The position numbers and the translations under genes were made by a program. From Alphaproteobacteria bacterium (GTDB lineage Bacteria; Pseudomonadota; Alphaproteobacteria; SHVV01), in assembly GCA_965261735.1 (NCBI GenBank), contig OZ253470.1:1920001-1984000 (forward strand): 64,000 nucleotides of DNA. The letters run 5' to 3'. Shown one piece after another: positions 39,078 through 49,481 of the stretch (its first letter is position 1; each line of letters starts with the position of its first letter). Under the pieces are notes generated by a model, which worked only from the letters and a program-made list of their open reading frames with translations, was not told the DNA's origin and ran no database searches.

Positions 39078-39839
39078 TCATCGGCGAAAGGACGGGTCTT
39101 CCCGATCAAGGATCTCCTGTAGTTCCCTGAAGTGATCCTCGCTCAAATCCGGATAGTCGCGCCATTGTTGCGCTGTCTTCGCCGCCACGCGGCCGGAGAC
39201 GATGCCGAGTTCCCGGCCGGTCTGCAGGGCCGTAATGTAAGTCGAGCAGGCGCGCTCGAAATAATAGAGATCGTCGAACGCCCGGGCGACCGTTTCGCCG
39301 ATCGCCATCACCCCGTGGTTGCGCATGAGCAGAATCGGCTTGTCTCCCACCAGCCGCGCGATGCGTTCGGCCTCATCATCGAGACCCATGCCGTCGAAGT
39401 CCTCGTCGATGGTTATGCGTCCCCAGAACCTCATGGCGTTCTGGTCGATAGGCGGAAGCGTCGGATCGCCGAGGCAAGCAAGCACCGCGGCATATCTGGA
39501 GTGAACATGAAGCAGGCAGCGCGCATGCGGCATGCGCCGGTGGATGCCACCATGGAGCGCCCAGGCCGTGGGATCGGGAGCATCCGGCCGCACCATCGTC
39601 GCCTTGTCTTCAGCATCGAGCAGCAGAAGCTCGCTTGCCTTGATACGCGAGAAATGACGGCCCCTCGGGTTCATCAGGAACTTCGTTCCCGTTTCGTCGA
39701 CGGCGAGACTGAAATGGTTGGCGACCGCTTCGTGCATATCGAAGCGGGCCGCCCAGCGGAAGGCGCAGACAAGAGCGATCCGCTCTTCTTCGAAGTCCAT
39801 GCCGGGCCTATCGATAACGGCGGGCTGGGCCGAGGCCAT
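39078..39839 (-). CDS. class II aldolase/adducin family protein
   Basis: EAVANHFS, HGGIHR, LHVHS, LMRNHGV. Confidence 0.9.
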   Translation of the reverse strand: MASAQPAVIDRPGMDFEEERIALVCAFRWAARFDMHEAVANHFSLAVDETGTKFLMNPRGRHFSRIKASELLLLDAEDKATMVRPDAPDPTAWALHGGIHRRMPHARCLLHVHSRYAAVLACLGDPTLPPIDQNAMRFWGRITIDEDFDGMGLDDEAERIARLVGDKPILLMRNHGVMAIGETVARAFDDLYYFERACSTYITALQTGRELGIVSGRVAAKTAQQWRDYPDLSEDHFRELQEILDREDPSFRR

Positions 39840-39978
39840 GCCATCCTTTCCCTATTCGAACGTCAGTCTCTTTACCGTAGCGGCCCGTTGGCCTGCCTGT
39901 CCATCATGCCGGCTCGCAATATCCGTGGCCGATTCACCCATTGATCCGGTACGGCGGCGGCGAAGCATTGTCAGACTC

Positions 39979-40108
39979 GCTCTGTCAAGTTAACCGGATG
40001 CACTCCGAAATCTCGTTAAATATTCGATGACTGCTTTGTTCATTTTCAATGGCGTAGCCTCATGGAGAAATGCCGAAAACAGCCTACAATCAGTTAACTT
40101 GACAATGC
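39979..40108. mobile_element. 130-bp MITE with IS6-like terminal inverted repeats
   Basis: GCTCTGTCAAGTTAAC ... GTTAACTTGACAATGC; second diverged copy starts at 43725. Confidence 0.7.
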
Positions 40109-40109
40109 T

Positions 40110-40284
40110 GGTACAACGAATGGGATTTATATCGGATAGTGCCGAGGCGATTCTTATCGAACCCCGCGACATGCTGAACCATAGCGCCGCGCAGTTGCTC
40201 GAAGAAGAAACTCTAAGCGGAGATCAACTTGCCGCAATCGTCGGGTCGCCCGCCAGGCAGCCATCCACCTCAACGGCCGACTGA
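40110..40284 (+). pseudogene. possible C-terminal fragment of an FtsH-like gene
   Basis: AEAILIEPRDMLNHSAAQLLEEETLSGDQL resembles the FtsH C-terminal helices. Confidence 0.4.
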
Positions 40285-40303
40285 GACGCCAGTTGGCGCA
40301 TAC

Positions 40304-41209
40304 CTAACCGGGTGCGTTTTCGATGTCTGCCTCCGACAGCAGCCAGTCGCGGAAGATCTTGACCTTTGGGCGGTCTGCGTTCGCCAGCGGACACATGACG
40401 TAGTATGCCTCATCAAGCGGCAAGGAGATGTCGAACGGCCTGACCAGACGGCCGTCGGCGAGCGCCGTGGCGGCTATGGCACTGCGTGCCACGGCAACGC
40501 CCTGTCCGTTGATGGCGGCCTCGATGACCACGTTCGAATGGTTGAAGGTCGGCCCGCGTGCCGCGTCAGCGCCGGCGACCCCCATCTCCTTGAGCCAGCG
40601 ATGCCAATCGGCAGATGTCTCGTCGTGTAACAGTGTGTGGTAACGTAAGTCCTCGGGTGTTCGCAGCGGATGCGGTCCTTCGTTGACCAACCGCGGGCTG
40701 CATACGAGGAATTGCTCCACGTTTAAAAGCCGGTCGCTCCTCAGCCCCGGATGGTTATCGCTGCCGTAGCGAATGCCCATGTCGACGCCGTTGCGCTCGA
40801 GGTCGATGATCTCATCGGTGGCCGATATGCGGATATCGATCTCGGGGTGCGCGGCCCGGAAACGGGTCAACCGTGGCACCAGCCAGGTCGCTGCGAACGA
40901 CGGCACGGTGCTCACCGTCAGCACACCGGATTCGTCCTGCCGGGTGAGCGCCTCGGTCGCATCGCGCAGCGCGTCCAGCGCATCCCGCACGACCGGCAGG
41001 TAGCGTTGGCCCGCTTCGGTCATCAATAGCGATCGATTGAGACGGCGAAAGAGCCGCACGCCGATGGCTGTCTCCAGCGCTTTGATCTGGTGGCTGATTG
41101 CCGCCTGAGTGACATGCAGCTCTTCGGCGGCGCGTGTGAAAGAGAGCAGACGCGCCGCGGCCTCGAAGGCGCGGAGTGTGTTCATTGGCGGAAGTCGGCG
41201 CACTGTCAA
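40304..41209 (-). CDS. gcvA: LysR-family transcriptional regulator, GcvA-like
   Basis: LPPMNTLRAFEAAARLLSFTRAAEELHVTQAAISHQIK; WLVPRL; LLHD. Confidence 0.88.
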   Translation of the reverse strand: MTVRRLPPMNTLRAFEAAARLLSFTRAAEELHVTQAAISHQIKALETAIGVRLFRRLNRSLLMTEAGQRYLPVVRDALDALRDATEALTRQDESGVLTVSTVPSFAATWLVPRLTRFRAAHPEIDIRISATDEIIDLERNGVDMGIRYGSDNHPGLRSDRLLNVEQFLVCSPRLVNEGPHPLRTPEDLRYHTLLHDETSADWHRWLKEMGVAGADAARGPTFNHSNVVIEAAINGQGVAVARSAIAATALADGRLVRPFDISLPLDEAYYVMCPLANADRPKVKIFRDWLLSEADIENAPG

Positions 41210-41367
41210 ACCTATACTATTTCAAATAAGAAAAAATAATCCAATACATGAAAAAATGTCGTTTGTCATCCGTCTCGTCCGACCATAGGTAACCCACAGA
41301 AATTGCGAGCTAAGGCGATCTTACTGAATTTTCGCCGATGACTTGAGGTTTGGGATGGATGATCGAA

Positions 41368-41673
41368 ATGAGTAAGTTTTCCTATGGGCATACGGCATCT
41401 TTGGGATCATTTGATCGAGGGCTGCGGTTCGGCCCGAATGCAACGGGTTCGGTGCGGTCCGAGCGTGGGCATGACGTCGGAGTCAGCATAGCCTGTCTGC
41501 TCGCCCACGCTGCAAATGGCGTACTAAGAATGATCGGCGTCCTGCGGGATTGGAACGAACGGGCACGCCAGCGTCACCAGCTGGCCGCGCTTGGTGATCA
41601 CTTGCTGCGAGATATTGGCATCGACAGGGATGCCGCGCGTCGTGAATCTTCAAGACATTTTTGGGACATCTAG
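41368..41673 (+). CDS. DUF1127 protein (start uncertain)
   Basis: WNERARQRHQLAALGDHLLRDIGIDR..RHFW; divergent from gcvA. Confidence 0.8.
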   Translation: MSKFSYGHTASLGSFDRGLRFGPNATGSVRSERGHDVGVSIACLLAHAANGVLRMIGVLRDWNERARQRHQLAALGDHLLRDIGIDRDAARRESSRHFWDI

Positions 41674-42046
41674 GCATGAACGCGACGATCACCGGCAGCG
41701 TTACGCCGGTGGATAGCGGATCGTCGTTTTATTGTATTGGTTGAGACTCTCGTACAGTGCGCTGAATTGCTGGTGAAACGCGATCCAGTCGATGTCTGCT
41801 CCCAACTGCCGATGAATTTCCTGAAGGGGCTTGCTGCGATCCGTCAAACGCAGGATCGCCGCCGCGTGCGGTGGTAAGTCAGTCGACGACTTTTCCAGCT
41901 AGACATGTGAGCGGCGGTGCCATGTCGGCGTGCTTCTTCTGTGGTGCGTACACCGGGGTGCACCACATCAATGGGAGTGGATCAACTCCCTTCCTTGCTC
42001 AATGCGCGATCGGACACCTGCATATCGATCTTGAGGACCGTTGGAA

Positions 42047-42166
42047 TTAGGCCTGGGTGGCGAGTGCTTTGACTGTCCCGACGAGGCGGTAGACGCGTAC
42101 AGGTGCAGTGCGGCCCTTAACCTCCATCTCTCCGACCGGCTCGATATCGAAACTGCTGTCCAGATC
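42047..42166 (-). pseudogene. C-terminal fragment of a class III adenylate/guanylate cyclase
   Basis: FDIEPVGEMEVKGRTAPVRVYRL. Confidence 0.55.
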
Positions 42167-42359
42167 CGCGTCGAGCTCCGCATTCAGGACACGTTCCGAC
42201 AGCCCTTTCTTCAACTCGTCAAGCAGACCGTCCTGGGTGAATACCGTTTCCGGATCACGCCCCTCCAACAGCTGGTCCAATAGTTCCTTCTCGATTGCCA
42301 TAGGATGCTCCTTTCTTTTTCATCACTATGGCCCAAAGCACAAAATTCCGGATACTCCC
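42167..42359 (-). mobile_element. IS256 left-end fragment (copy of about 33212-33404)
   Basis: Reverse-complement match to the IS256 left end and MAIEKELLDQLL start. Confidence 0.85.
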
Positions 42360-42494
42360 GCAGAACTCCCTGGACAGCGCATGGCGGTTGGGCGGCGGAG
42401 AGGCGGCGATGAGCGTGCGCAGCACCACCATCTCTTGGGTGGTGAAGTCGCGCCCGTAGTACCGGCACTCGGCGTCGGCCGTCATCCTGGCGCC
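42360..42494 (-). repeat. copy of the DUF4338 5' region (about 32890-33024)
   Basis: Sequence GCAGAACTCCCTGGAC...GTCATCCTGGCGCC matches the first copy. Confidence 0.85.
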
Positions 42495-42769
42495 GTATTG
42501 TGCCGGAAGGCGACAAGTGGATGCGCATGGAAGCGCAAACGCCGCGCTTCGAAGCCGGTCACGTGTTGCTGCCGAAAGAGGCCCCGTGGCTCGCCACTTT
42601 CCTGGACGAACTGCTCGCCTTCCCGCGGGGACGGCACGACGACCAGGTCGACAGCGTCTCGCAGTTCCTCAAGTGGGCGTGGACCCACTCGCAGCGGTCG
42701 AAGGCGGTTGGAGGCGGCGCGATACTTGTCACACATGAAGGCAAATTCATGGATCAGCCGTTCCCGTAA
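42495..42769 (+). pseudogene. phage terminase large-subunit C-terminal fragment
   Basis: PEGDK..FEAGHVLLP..APWL..ELLAFPRGRHDDQVDSVSQ. Confidence 0.75.
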
Positions 42770-42832
42770 TCCCGAATCGAGGATCAGGTCCTAACGAATC
42801 ATCCTTGCATATCCGGTTAACGCCCATGACCG

Positions 42833-43717
42833 CTACATGTAGGGTGCCGCCACTCTCCCGAGTAAAGCTCGGCATAGGTTGGAGCAGAGGTGTCGCCCGC
42901 GATGCCGAGCAAGCTCGCGGATATGGCGCCAGTCCATGCAGATGTAATGGATGGCGCCGTCGCGGCTGTGCGTGCACAGGTGCTGCAGGACGGTTTCGAG
43001 GAAGTTTGAGAATTCGGCCTCGGACATCTCGCCCGATGCCATGGCGAACTCCTTGTGTCGCACACGCCCAAGTCCGCAGACATTGCCGTCGATCGGGACG
43101 TTGTAGGGTGGGTCCGTGAACACCATTTGGGCCAATTCGCCGTCGAGCAGCGTCTCGAAGGAACCCGGGTCCCTTGCATCCCCACACAGGAGCCGATGCT
43201 TGCCGAGTTGCCAGAGATCACCCGGGACGGTGATCGGTGGTGCGTCGGCGTCGATCTCCGGGACCCGGTCCGCATCGTCGTCGGGCTCGGTGGGACCGAG
43301 GACAAGGCCGTCGATCTCTGCCGTGTTGAAACCGATGACCTCGATATCGAAGTCGAGGTCGATCTCGCAGAGCGCCTTCAGCTCTATCGACAACAGTTCC
43401 TCATCCCAACCGGCCAGCTCGGCCAGGCGGTTATCGGCGATGACGTACGCCTGAACCTGTGCTTGGGTGAGGTCGCTCAGCCGGATTGCTGGGATCTCTT
43501 CGAACCCAAGCAGCTTCGCCGCTGCCAGACGCCCGTGGCCCGCGACGACCTGCCGGTCTTCATCGATCAGGATGGGGTTCGTCCAGCCGAATGTCTCGAT
43601 GGACGCAGCAATCTGCCGGATCTGCTTTTTCGTATGCGTACGGGCATTTCGCGCATACGGCTTGAGGGTCGAGATCCCGAGATGCTCAACCTTGAGATCC
43701 CGAACGCGCTCAGACAT
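42833..43717 (-). pseudogene. ParB-N domain + N4/N6 DNA methylase fusion, frameshifted and truncated
   Basis: LKPYARNARTH..FGWTNPILID..AGHGR..IADNRLAELAGWD; HRLLCGDA; FTDPPYNV; loses frame after WRHIREL. Confidence 0.8.
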
Positions 43718-43927
43718 CGGACGAGCTTTGTCAAGTTGACCGGATTCACTCCGAAATATCTGTAAATTGTCGATGGCTTCTCTACGCAATTTCAATGGCT
43801 TGGCCTCATGGAGAAATGCCGAAAACAGCCTACAATCAGTTAACTTGATGGTATGGACGCCCCCTACGGCTTCACGATGAGCCATACTGGAGTGTGTTGA
43901 ACAACCCAGACAGAGGGAGCGTCCACG

Positions 43928-44947
43928 ATGGATATTACGACAATTGGGTTTGATCTGGCAAAGACGGTGTTCCAGGTTCACGGTGCTGATGGTGAGGGAC
44001 GACCGGTACTACGGCGGAAGCTGCGCCGCGGGAAGGTGCTGGCGTTCTTCGCCGGATTGCCATCCTGTCTTGTCGGTATGGAAGCCTGTGCCTCTGCGCA
44101 CTATTGGGCTCGGGAACTGCAAGCACACGGGCACAAAGTTCAGCTGATTCCGCCTCAATACGTTCGTCCCTTCGTCAAAACGAATAAGAACGACGCAGCG
44201 GATGCGGAAGCGATCTGTGAGGCAGTGACGCGTCCGACGATGCGCTTTGCACCGGCGAAAAGCGCCGAGCAGCAGTCGGTTCTGATGCTGCACCGGGCCC
44301 GAGAGCTGTTGGTCCGTCAACGCACGATGGTGATCAATGCGCTTCGCGGCCACTGTGCGGAGCTCGGACTGATCGTCGCTCAAGGGGCGTCGAAGGTGGA
44401 GGAACTGGTTGCCATCATCGAAGATCCCGGCGATGTGCGACTGCCGCCTCTGGCACGCGAGGCGCTTGGCTCTCTGGTTGAGCAGCTCCGTTCTGCTCAG
44501 GCCCGGATCAAGCAGCTGGAAGTGACGCTTTTGGCATGGCACCGCTCCAACGAGGCGAGCCGCCGTCTTGCGACGATCCCCGGCGTCGGTGTCATCACCG
44601 CGACGGCGCTGGTCGCGACGATCGGCGATGGCGCACAGTTCCGCTCGGGCCGACAGCTTTCGGCCTGGCTCGGTCTCGTGCCCCGGCAGCACTCGAGTGG
44701 CGGCAAGGATAGACTGGGACGGATATCGAAGCGCGGGGATGGCTATATCAGGCGCTTGCTCGTGCATGGTGCGCGAACCGTGCTGCGCTGGCGCCGCGCC
44801 AAGCCGGGCACGGGGCCTGGCTGGACCGACCGGCTCCTGGCGCGGCGGCCGACAAACGTGGTGCTGGTCGCCATGGCCAATAAGGCAGCCCGTGTCGCCT
44901 GGGCACTGCTCAGGTACGAGCGTATCTACCGACCGACGCCGGCATAG
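43928..44947 (+). CDS. IS110 recombinase/transposase
   Basis: GFDLAK, MEAC, KNDAADAEAI (DEDD), IPGVG, GLVPRQHSSGGK, ANKAARVAW. Confidence 0.95.
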   Translation: MDITTIGFDLAKTVFQVHGADGEGRPVLRRKLRRGKVLAFFAGLPSCLVGMEACASAHYWARELQAHGHKVQLIPPQYVRPFVKTNKNDAADAEAICEAVTRPTMRFAPAKSAEQQSVLMLHRARELLVRQRTMVINALRGHCAELGLIVAQGASKVEELVAIIEDPGDVRLPPLAREALGSLVEQLRSAQARIKQLEVTLLAWHRSNEASRRLATIPGVGVITATALVATIGDGAQFRSGRQLSAWLGLVPRQHSSGGKDRLGRISKRGDGYIRRLLVHGARTVLRWRRAKPGTGPGWTDRLLARRPTNVVLVAMANKAARVAWALLRYERIYRPTPA

Positions 44948-44959
44948 CCAGCTGGCAAA

Positions 44960-45160
44960 CCGGGATCAAATTGCGAGGGTGACGACGATTTGATGGCGAA
45001 ACAGGGTTCCACCCGAGATCGGCCAAACCCGAGGCATTGTCCGAGCATCAAGCTCGTTAGTCTGACTGGGCGTCGATCTTTCGGATTCCATCAGGGCCAG
45101 CGGTCAGCGTACCGCAGCGAAAAGGCCGGATACATGACTGCAAGCTCTACCGCCGATTCA
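44960..45160 (+). ncRNA. predicted bridge/seek RNA in the IS1111 right non-coding end (boundaries approximate)
   Basis: Loop segments match target (GGCATTGTC 45033-41, TTAGTCTGAC 45057-66) and donor junction (CCATCA 45088-93, ATACATGA 45130-37), each pair flanking a hairpin. Confidence 0.8.
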
Positions 45161-45199
45161 AATCAGTTTTCCCCTTGCAACACCGGGGGCGTCCATACA

Positions 45200-45520
45200 T
45201 GACAATGCCCGCAGCTGTTCGCTGGTCATATTAGTGAGCTTGATCGTGGGAACATGATCCATGCCGAGCATCTTTGCAGCTTCGTGCCGGCCGTGACCCG
45301 CAACGACACGATTTTCTTCATCAATAAGAATTGGATTCGTCCAACCGAAAGTCTTTACGGATTCAATAATTTGACGAATTTGTTTTGTTGAGTGCGTGCG
45401 CCCATTTTTTTGAGTGCGCACGTCGAGATCTGATACAGGCCGGACCTCGACGTTCAGGTCGCAAATCCGAGAATGTCCAGGAGGAGTTGCCGGCTTGGGC
45501 AACGAAAGGTTCCTTGCCAT
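45200..45520 (-). pseudogene. ParB-N (methylase-associated) gene fragment truncated at the MITE/IS junction
   Basis: NGRTHSTKQIRQI..FGWTNPILIDE..AGHGRHEAAK. Confidence 0.75.
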
Positions 45521-45608
45521 TTCTTGGCTTCCAAGATTAGTTTTTGAAGGCGCAAGGATTCCAAAAAAATCCAAGTGAAAAAATTCGTCTACAAAATTTT
45601 GGACAGGT

Positions 45609-46330
45609 TTATTTGTCTTTCTTCCGTGGTCTTCCGGCGGATTTTAACTCCGACATGTATTCGTCCGGGATCTGACATACAGCTATCTTGCCCGTATTAG
45701 GCCATCCTTCTGTCCATTGGGGGGACCTCCAGTCTCCGGGAACGCGCCAAATATCGCCTTGCAACGGTGGTGCCGCCTTAGCGTGCGAATGGGTCCATGT
45801 CTCGCCCCAGTGGCGCAAGGCTTCCGACTCCAGCAGAAACGCCTGGAAATCCGTTGCATAATCATATCCGACTTCCGGCTTTTCCATAAATCGGAGGTCT
45901 CTCAACACCCAGGCTCCCCACAAGTGAGCGACCGACCGATATCGGGACCAACAATCATGAAGACTTGAGCGAGAACCGGATTTGCAATGCTGGCCTGCGA
46001 CTCTTTCCACAATTTCATTACGTTGTTAAGCGTAGCCAATCCGGGGTCCGTATAGCGCAGACCGAAATAAGTTTTAAGAATCTGACCCGCTGCTGTCGCT
46101 TGGTACCATCTCTTCTCTAAATCCGTTAGTGGTTGTCCCGCACCTTCTGCAATACGTTTCAGGTCGGAATACGGTAACTCTCCTCCTCGTCGATGAAACT
46201 CCTTATGTGGAGCAGCGAGATACTGAGAGGCAAACGCTTCAGATTTCGCTTGATCTTCTTTTAGGGGATGCAACATCACACCGAGAACTGCAGCGAAGGG
46301 TTCAGGGTGAGAAAGAGGTAGAATTGGCAT
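45609..46330 (-). pseudogene. hypothetical gene split by a frameshift (ORFs 45902-46330 and 45609-46010)
   Basis: Two overlapping ORFs, lower GC than flanks, WSRYRSVAHLWGAW motif. Confidence 0.45.
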
Positions 46331-46519
46331 GATCGATCTCCGAAAATTCCCGCTGTTCCTTCAGAAGACCCCATCCACACGGAGTTATAGATGAGGTCGC
46401 GGAATGGGAATTTGTCAACGGCGGAGTAAAATGGGGCCACCGCGGCGGTGTAAAGAAGAGCCACCGGCGGCTGCGAGCTTGTCCCCGTAGATCCTATGAG
46501 GCGACTCGGCGAGCGGCGC

Positions 46520-47119
46520 TACGGTGCCGCCGGCCAGGAATCCTTCGCCGTTGTCGCGCCGCACGATGTTCCGCAGCGCCGCGTTGGCCTCCATGGTCGA
46601 GGCATCGACGCCGATGCGCTCGCCCTTGATCAGCCCCGCCTCGGCGATCAGCACCAGAACCCAGTCGAAGACCGCCGCGTGGACTTCATGGGGCAGGCGC
46701 GTGCGGCTCCGTGACAGCTAGGAATGGTCCGGTACCCGATCACGGCTCCCCAGTCGCAGGAACGCCCGCAGCGGAAGCGAGTCCGAGCAGCGCCACTCCA
46801 GACCGCGCTCGCTGTCGATGCCCTCGAAGTAGCCCACCAGGTGCATCCGGAAATAGCGCCCGGGCGGCACCGAGGGCGCGCCCATCCGGGCCGCGTAATA
46901 AGGCCGGCAGCTCGCCTCGGCAAAGGCGTCGAAGCCGCCCTCGATCAGCTCCGACTGCAGGCGGTCATAAAACACATGACCCGGAGAGCGCGGCATCTCC
47001 GACCAGCTCACCATCAGGTCCCCCTGACCATCCTTCTGCCGTCCCACCGCCATCGGCGAATCCCCCTGCAAATCAGGGAACCAGAGAATCAGACGGCGCC
47101 GACTTAATCAACGGGCTGC
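46520..47119 (-). mobile_element. IS1182/IS5-like transposase 5' remnant with internal stop
   Basis: GHVFYDRL, GAPSVPP, GIDSERG, VPDHS*, GVDASTMEANA; TIR-like AGCAGCCCGTTGATTAAGTC. Confidence 0.7.
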
Positions 47120-47619
47120 TGAGCCCCATGCTGATCAGCCCGTGCAGCGCGGCGGAGGAACAGACGAAGGTATCGAGGGCTTCATTGCGCTCGCCATCTG
47201 GCGAACAAGATGGCGCGCATCATCTGGGCGCCGACGGTCAAGAAGGAAACCTACCGGGCGCCAGCAGCGGTTGCCGCTGGTCCGGAATAGCTACCCGGAA
47301 GAGAAAGGCTGTTTAGAATTGGAACGCCGGGCTCTGCGGACACGGTCTTGAGGGCGTGATGCGCGGATAACCCCGGTTGGTGCGGTTGGGACGAAAGACA
47401 ACATAGGGGCGAAAGGTCAGAAAAACGGGGTCGGAAAAACCAGTATGAGACGCAGGGCTGTGAAGCATACCGCCTCACCGATTTGGATCCGATCCACGAA
47501 CACCATATGGGCCCGCGGCGCATGAATGCCGCTTCACAGAGGCCGGACATACGACAGTACCTGACCGCATGTCACAAGTTGTTCAAATTCCTTCTCGCGC
47601 TGCAGGGGGCGTCCACATA
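47120..47619 (+). mobile_element. 3' remnant of a second, different IS1111-group element, retaining its non-coding end
   Basis: LANKMARIIWA..YRAP* then a non-coding end finishing GGGGGCGTCCAC-ATA. Confidence 0.8.
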
Positions 47620-47790
47620 CGTCTCATGGCAGACATCGATACCGCGCTCGGACAAGAGATCTTCGACTTGTCTCAGCGACAACGGGTAACGGACATACAT
47701 CATGACCGCGAGGCGGATGATCTCGGGCGAACTGTTGAAGTAGCGGAAGGGATTTAGCCTATCTATCGGACGTTGCCGAGTATTACCATC
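47620..47790 (-). pseudogene. IS6-family transposase 5' fragment, cut at the CHET motif
   Basis: NPFRYFNSSPEIIRLAVMMYVRYPLSLRQVEDLLSERGIDVCHET. Confidence 0.85.
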
Positions 47791-48009
47791 TTGCGCTTGG
47801 CGCCGATCCGGCATTCGGGCCTGTCACGTAATCCAGCGCATCCCAAAGCCGACACCGTTTGGGGTCGGCGAGAGCCGTACTCGCTTCATGAGTTGTCGTC
47901 AGTCATTTCGTTCAATTGGCGCAAGCTGCTCGGTCTGGATGAACATAGCTGCTCCGGTGGTCTGTGCGGCGGCGGTGTGCAGGGTGAAATAGCACGAATT
48001 CGGCGCCGA

Positions 48010-48600
48010 TCAATTCTCGCCTCCGCCGGCTCCGGAAGCGGGGGTGCCGATGTGATGGCGGTTCAGCAACGGCAGCTGGGTCAGAATGAACAGGAAGGTC
48101 AGCCCCATGATGCCGAACACCTTGAAGCTTACCCAGAAATCGGTGCTCTGGGTACGCCAGACCGCTTCGTTGAGGAGCGCCATCGCGACGAAGAAAATTC
48201 CGAAGCGGAAGGTGAGCCGGCGCCAACCTTCGTCGTTCATCTGCCAGGCCGCGCCGAGGACCGGCTTGAGGAGGGAACGCCTGAAGGCGAGCCCGCCCAG
48301 CAATACGGCCGCGATCAGCCCCTGCACGATGGTCGGCTTGAGCTTGATGAAGGTCTCGTCGTTGAGCCAGAGGGTGAGGCCGCCGAAGACGCCGACCACC
48401 CCGGCGGTGATCAGCGGCATCAGCGGCACCCGCCGGCTGACAGCGTAGGAAAGCGCGAGCGCGGCCGCGGTGGCGATCATCAGTGCGGCGGTTGCGGTGA
48501 TCAGGTCGAAGAGGACATAGGCACCGAAGAAGACCACCAGGGCGCCGTACTCGGTAACGGGTTTGACGGCCCGGTTCCGTTCGCTTGTCGTGGTCGGCAT
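48010..48600 (-). CDS. ispZ: septation protein A / inner-membrane protein YciB
   Basis: EYGALVVFF, VFGGLTLWLNDETFIKLKPT, GWRRLTFR, LNEAVWR, WVSFKVFG. Confidence 0.9.
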   Translation of the reverse strand: MPTTTSERNRAVKPVTEYGALVVFFGAYVLFDLITATAALMIATAAALALSYAVSRRVPLMPLITAGVVGVFGGLTLWLNDETFIKLKPTIVQGLIAAVLLGGLAFRRSLLKPVLGAAWQMNDEGWRRLTFRFGIFFVAMALLNEAVWRTQSTDFWVSFKVFGIMGLTFLFILTQLPLLNRHHIGTPASGAGGGEN

Positions 48601-48609
48601 CGGCGACTA

Positions 48610-49332
48610 GTGGATAAGATCTGACATTTGAATCCCGAGGGGGATTCCTGCCGGACTCTCTGTGTGCGAGTCTGGCTCATGCGCCCAGGAATCAGCATCA
48701 TCTTGAGCCCTGCCGACCGTCGTCGTCTGGAGGCGCTCGTCGAGGACCGCAACGTCGCCCAGAAGCATGTTTGGCGCGCACGGATCGTACTGCACAGCGC
48801 TGATGGCATCGGCACCAATGGGATCATGCGCCGGACCGGCAAGTCGAAGACCTGCGTCTGGCGCTGGCAGGAGCGCTTCGCCCAAGAGGGCTACGACGGT
48901 CTGCTGCGCGACAAGACACGGCCATCGCGCATCCCGCCGCTCGGCCCGGAGGTGGCCGAGCGGGTGGTCGCCCTGACGCTGAGCGACCCGCCCGCCGAGG
49001 CGACCCACTGGGTCGCCGCCATGATGGCCAAGGCGACCGGCATCAGCGTCAGCTCGGTGCGGCGCATCTGGCGCGCACACGGGCTTCGGCCGCATCGGGT
49101 GCGGCAATTCAAGCTTTCGAACGATCCCGACTTCGTCGCCAAACTGCGCCATGTGGTCGGGCTCTACGTCGACCCGCCGGCCCACGCCATCGTGCTCTCG
49201 GTCGACGAAAAGTCGCAGATCCAGGCGCTCGACCGCACCCAGCCCGGCCTGCCGATGAAAAAGGGCCGTCTTGGCACCATGACCCACGACTACAAGCGGC
49301 ATGGCACGACCACCCTGTTCGCCGCCCTCAAC
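48610..49332 (+). mobile_element. IS630-family element, 3'-truncated
   Basis: Left end after CTAG; [39 protein letters not shown] then breaks. Confidence 0.85.
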
Positions 49333-49481
49333 GGAGTCGGGCGGGCACCGCGTCCGGTCCACGCTCCATTCGCCTTCGGCGGACATAGCAAACAGTCGCT
49401 GCGCGAGGAGAACGGTCGTCTGGGCGCACTGCCGAGTCACGAACTGGTGTCGGCTACGTGGATACGTTGCGGGCATTGTCA

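Larger units (their letters stand above)
43846..45199 (+). mobile_element. IS110-family (IS1111 group) element, copy 1
   Basis: Sub-terminal IRs ATGGACGCCCCC 7 nt from the left end and GGGGGCGTCCAT 3 nt from the right end; no target duplication. Confidence 0.92.
43725..45209. mobile_element. second IS6-type MITE copy whose right TIR is interrupted by the IS110 element
   Basis: Similar to 39979-40108; removing 43846-45199 restores CAGTTAACT|TGACAATGCC. Confidence 0.75.

Noticed and set aside
42495-43717. Intact prophage
   Set aside because: Only a terminase tail and broken ParB-methylase genes; no capsid, portal or tail genes.
47815-47835. IS6 left TIR for the 47620-47790 fragment
   Set aside because: GGCCTGTCACG is only loosely TIR-like and points the wrong way for that transposase.
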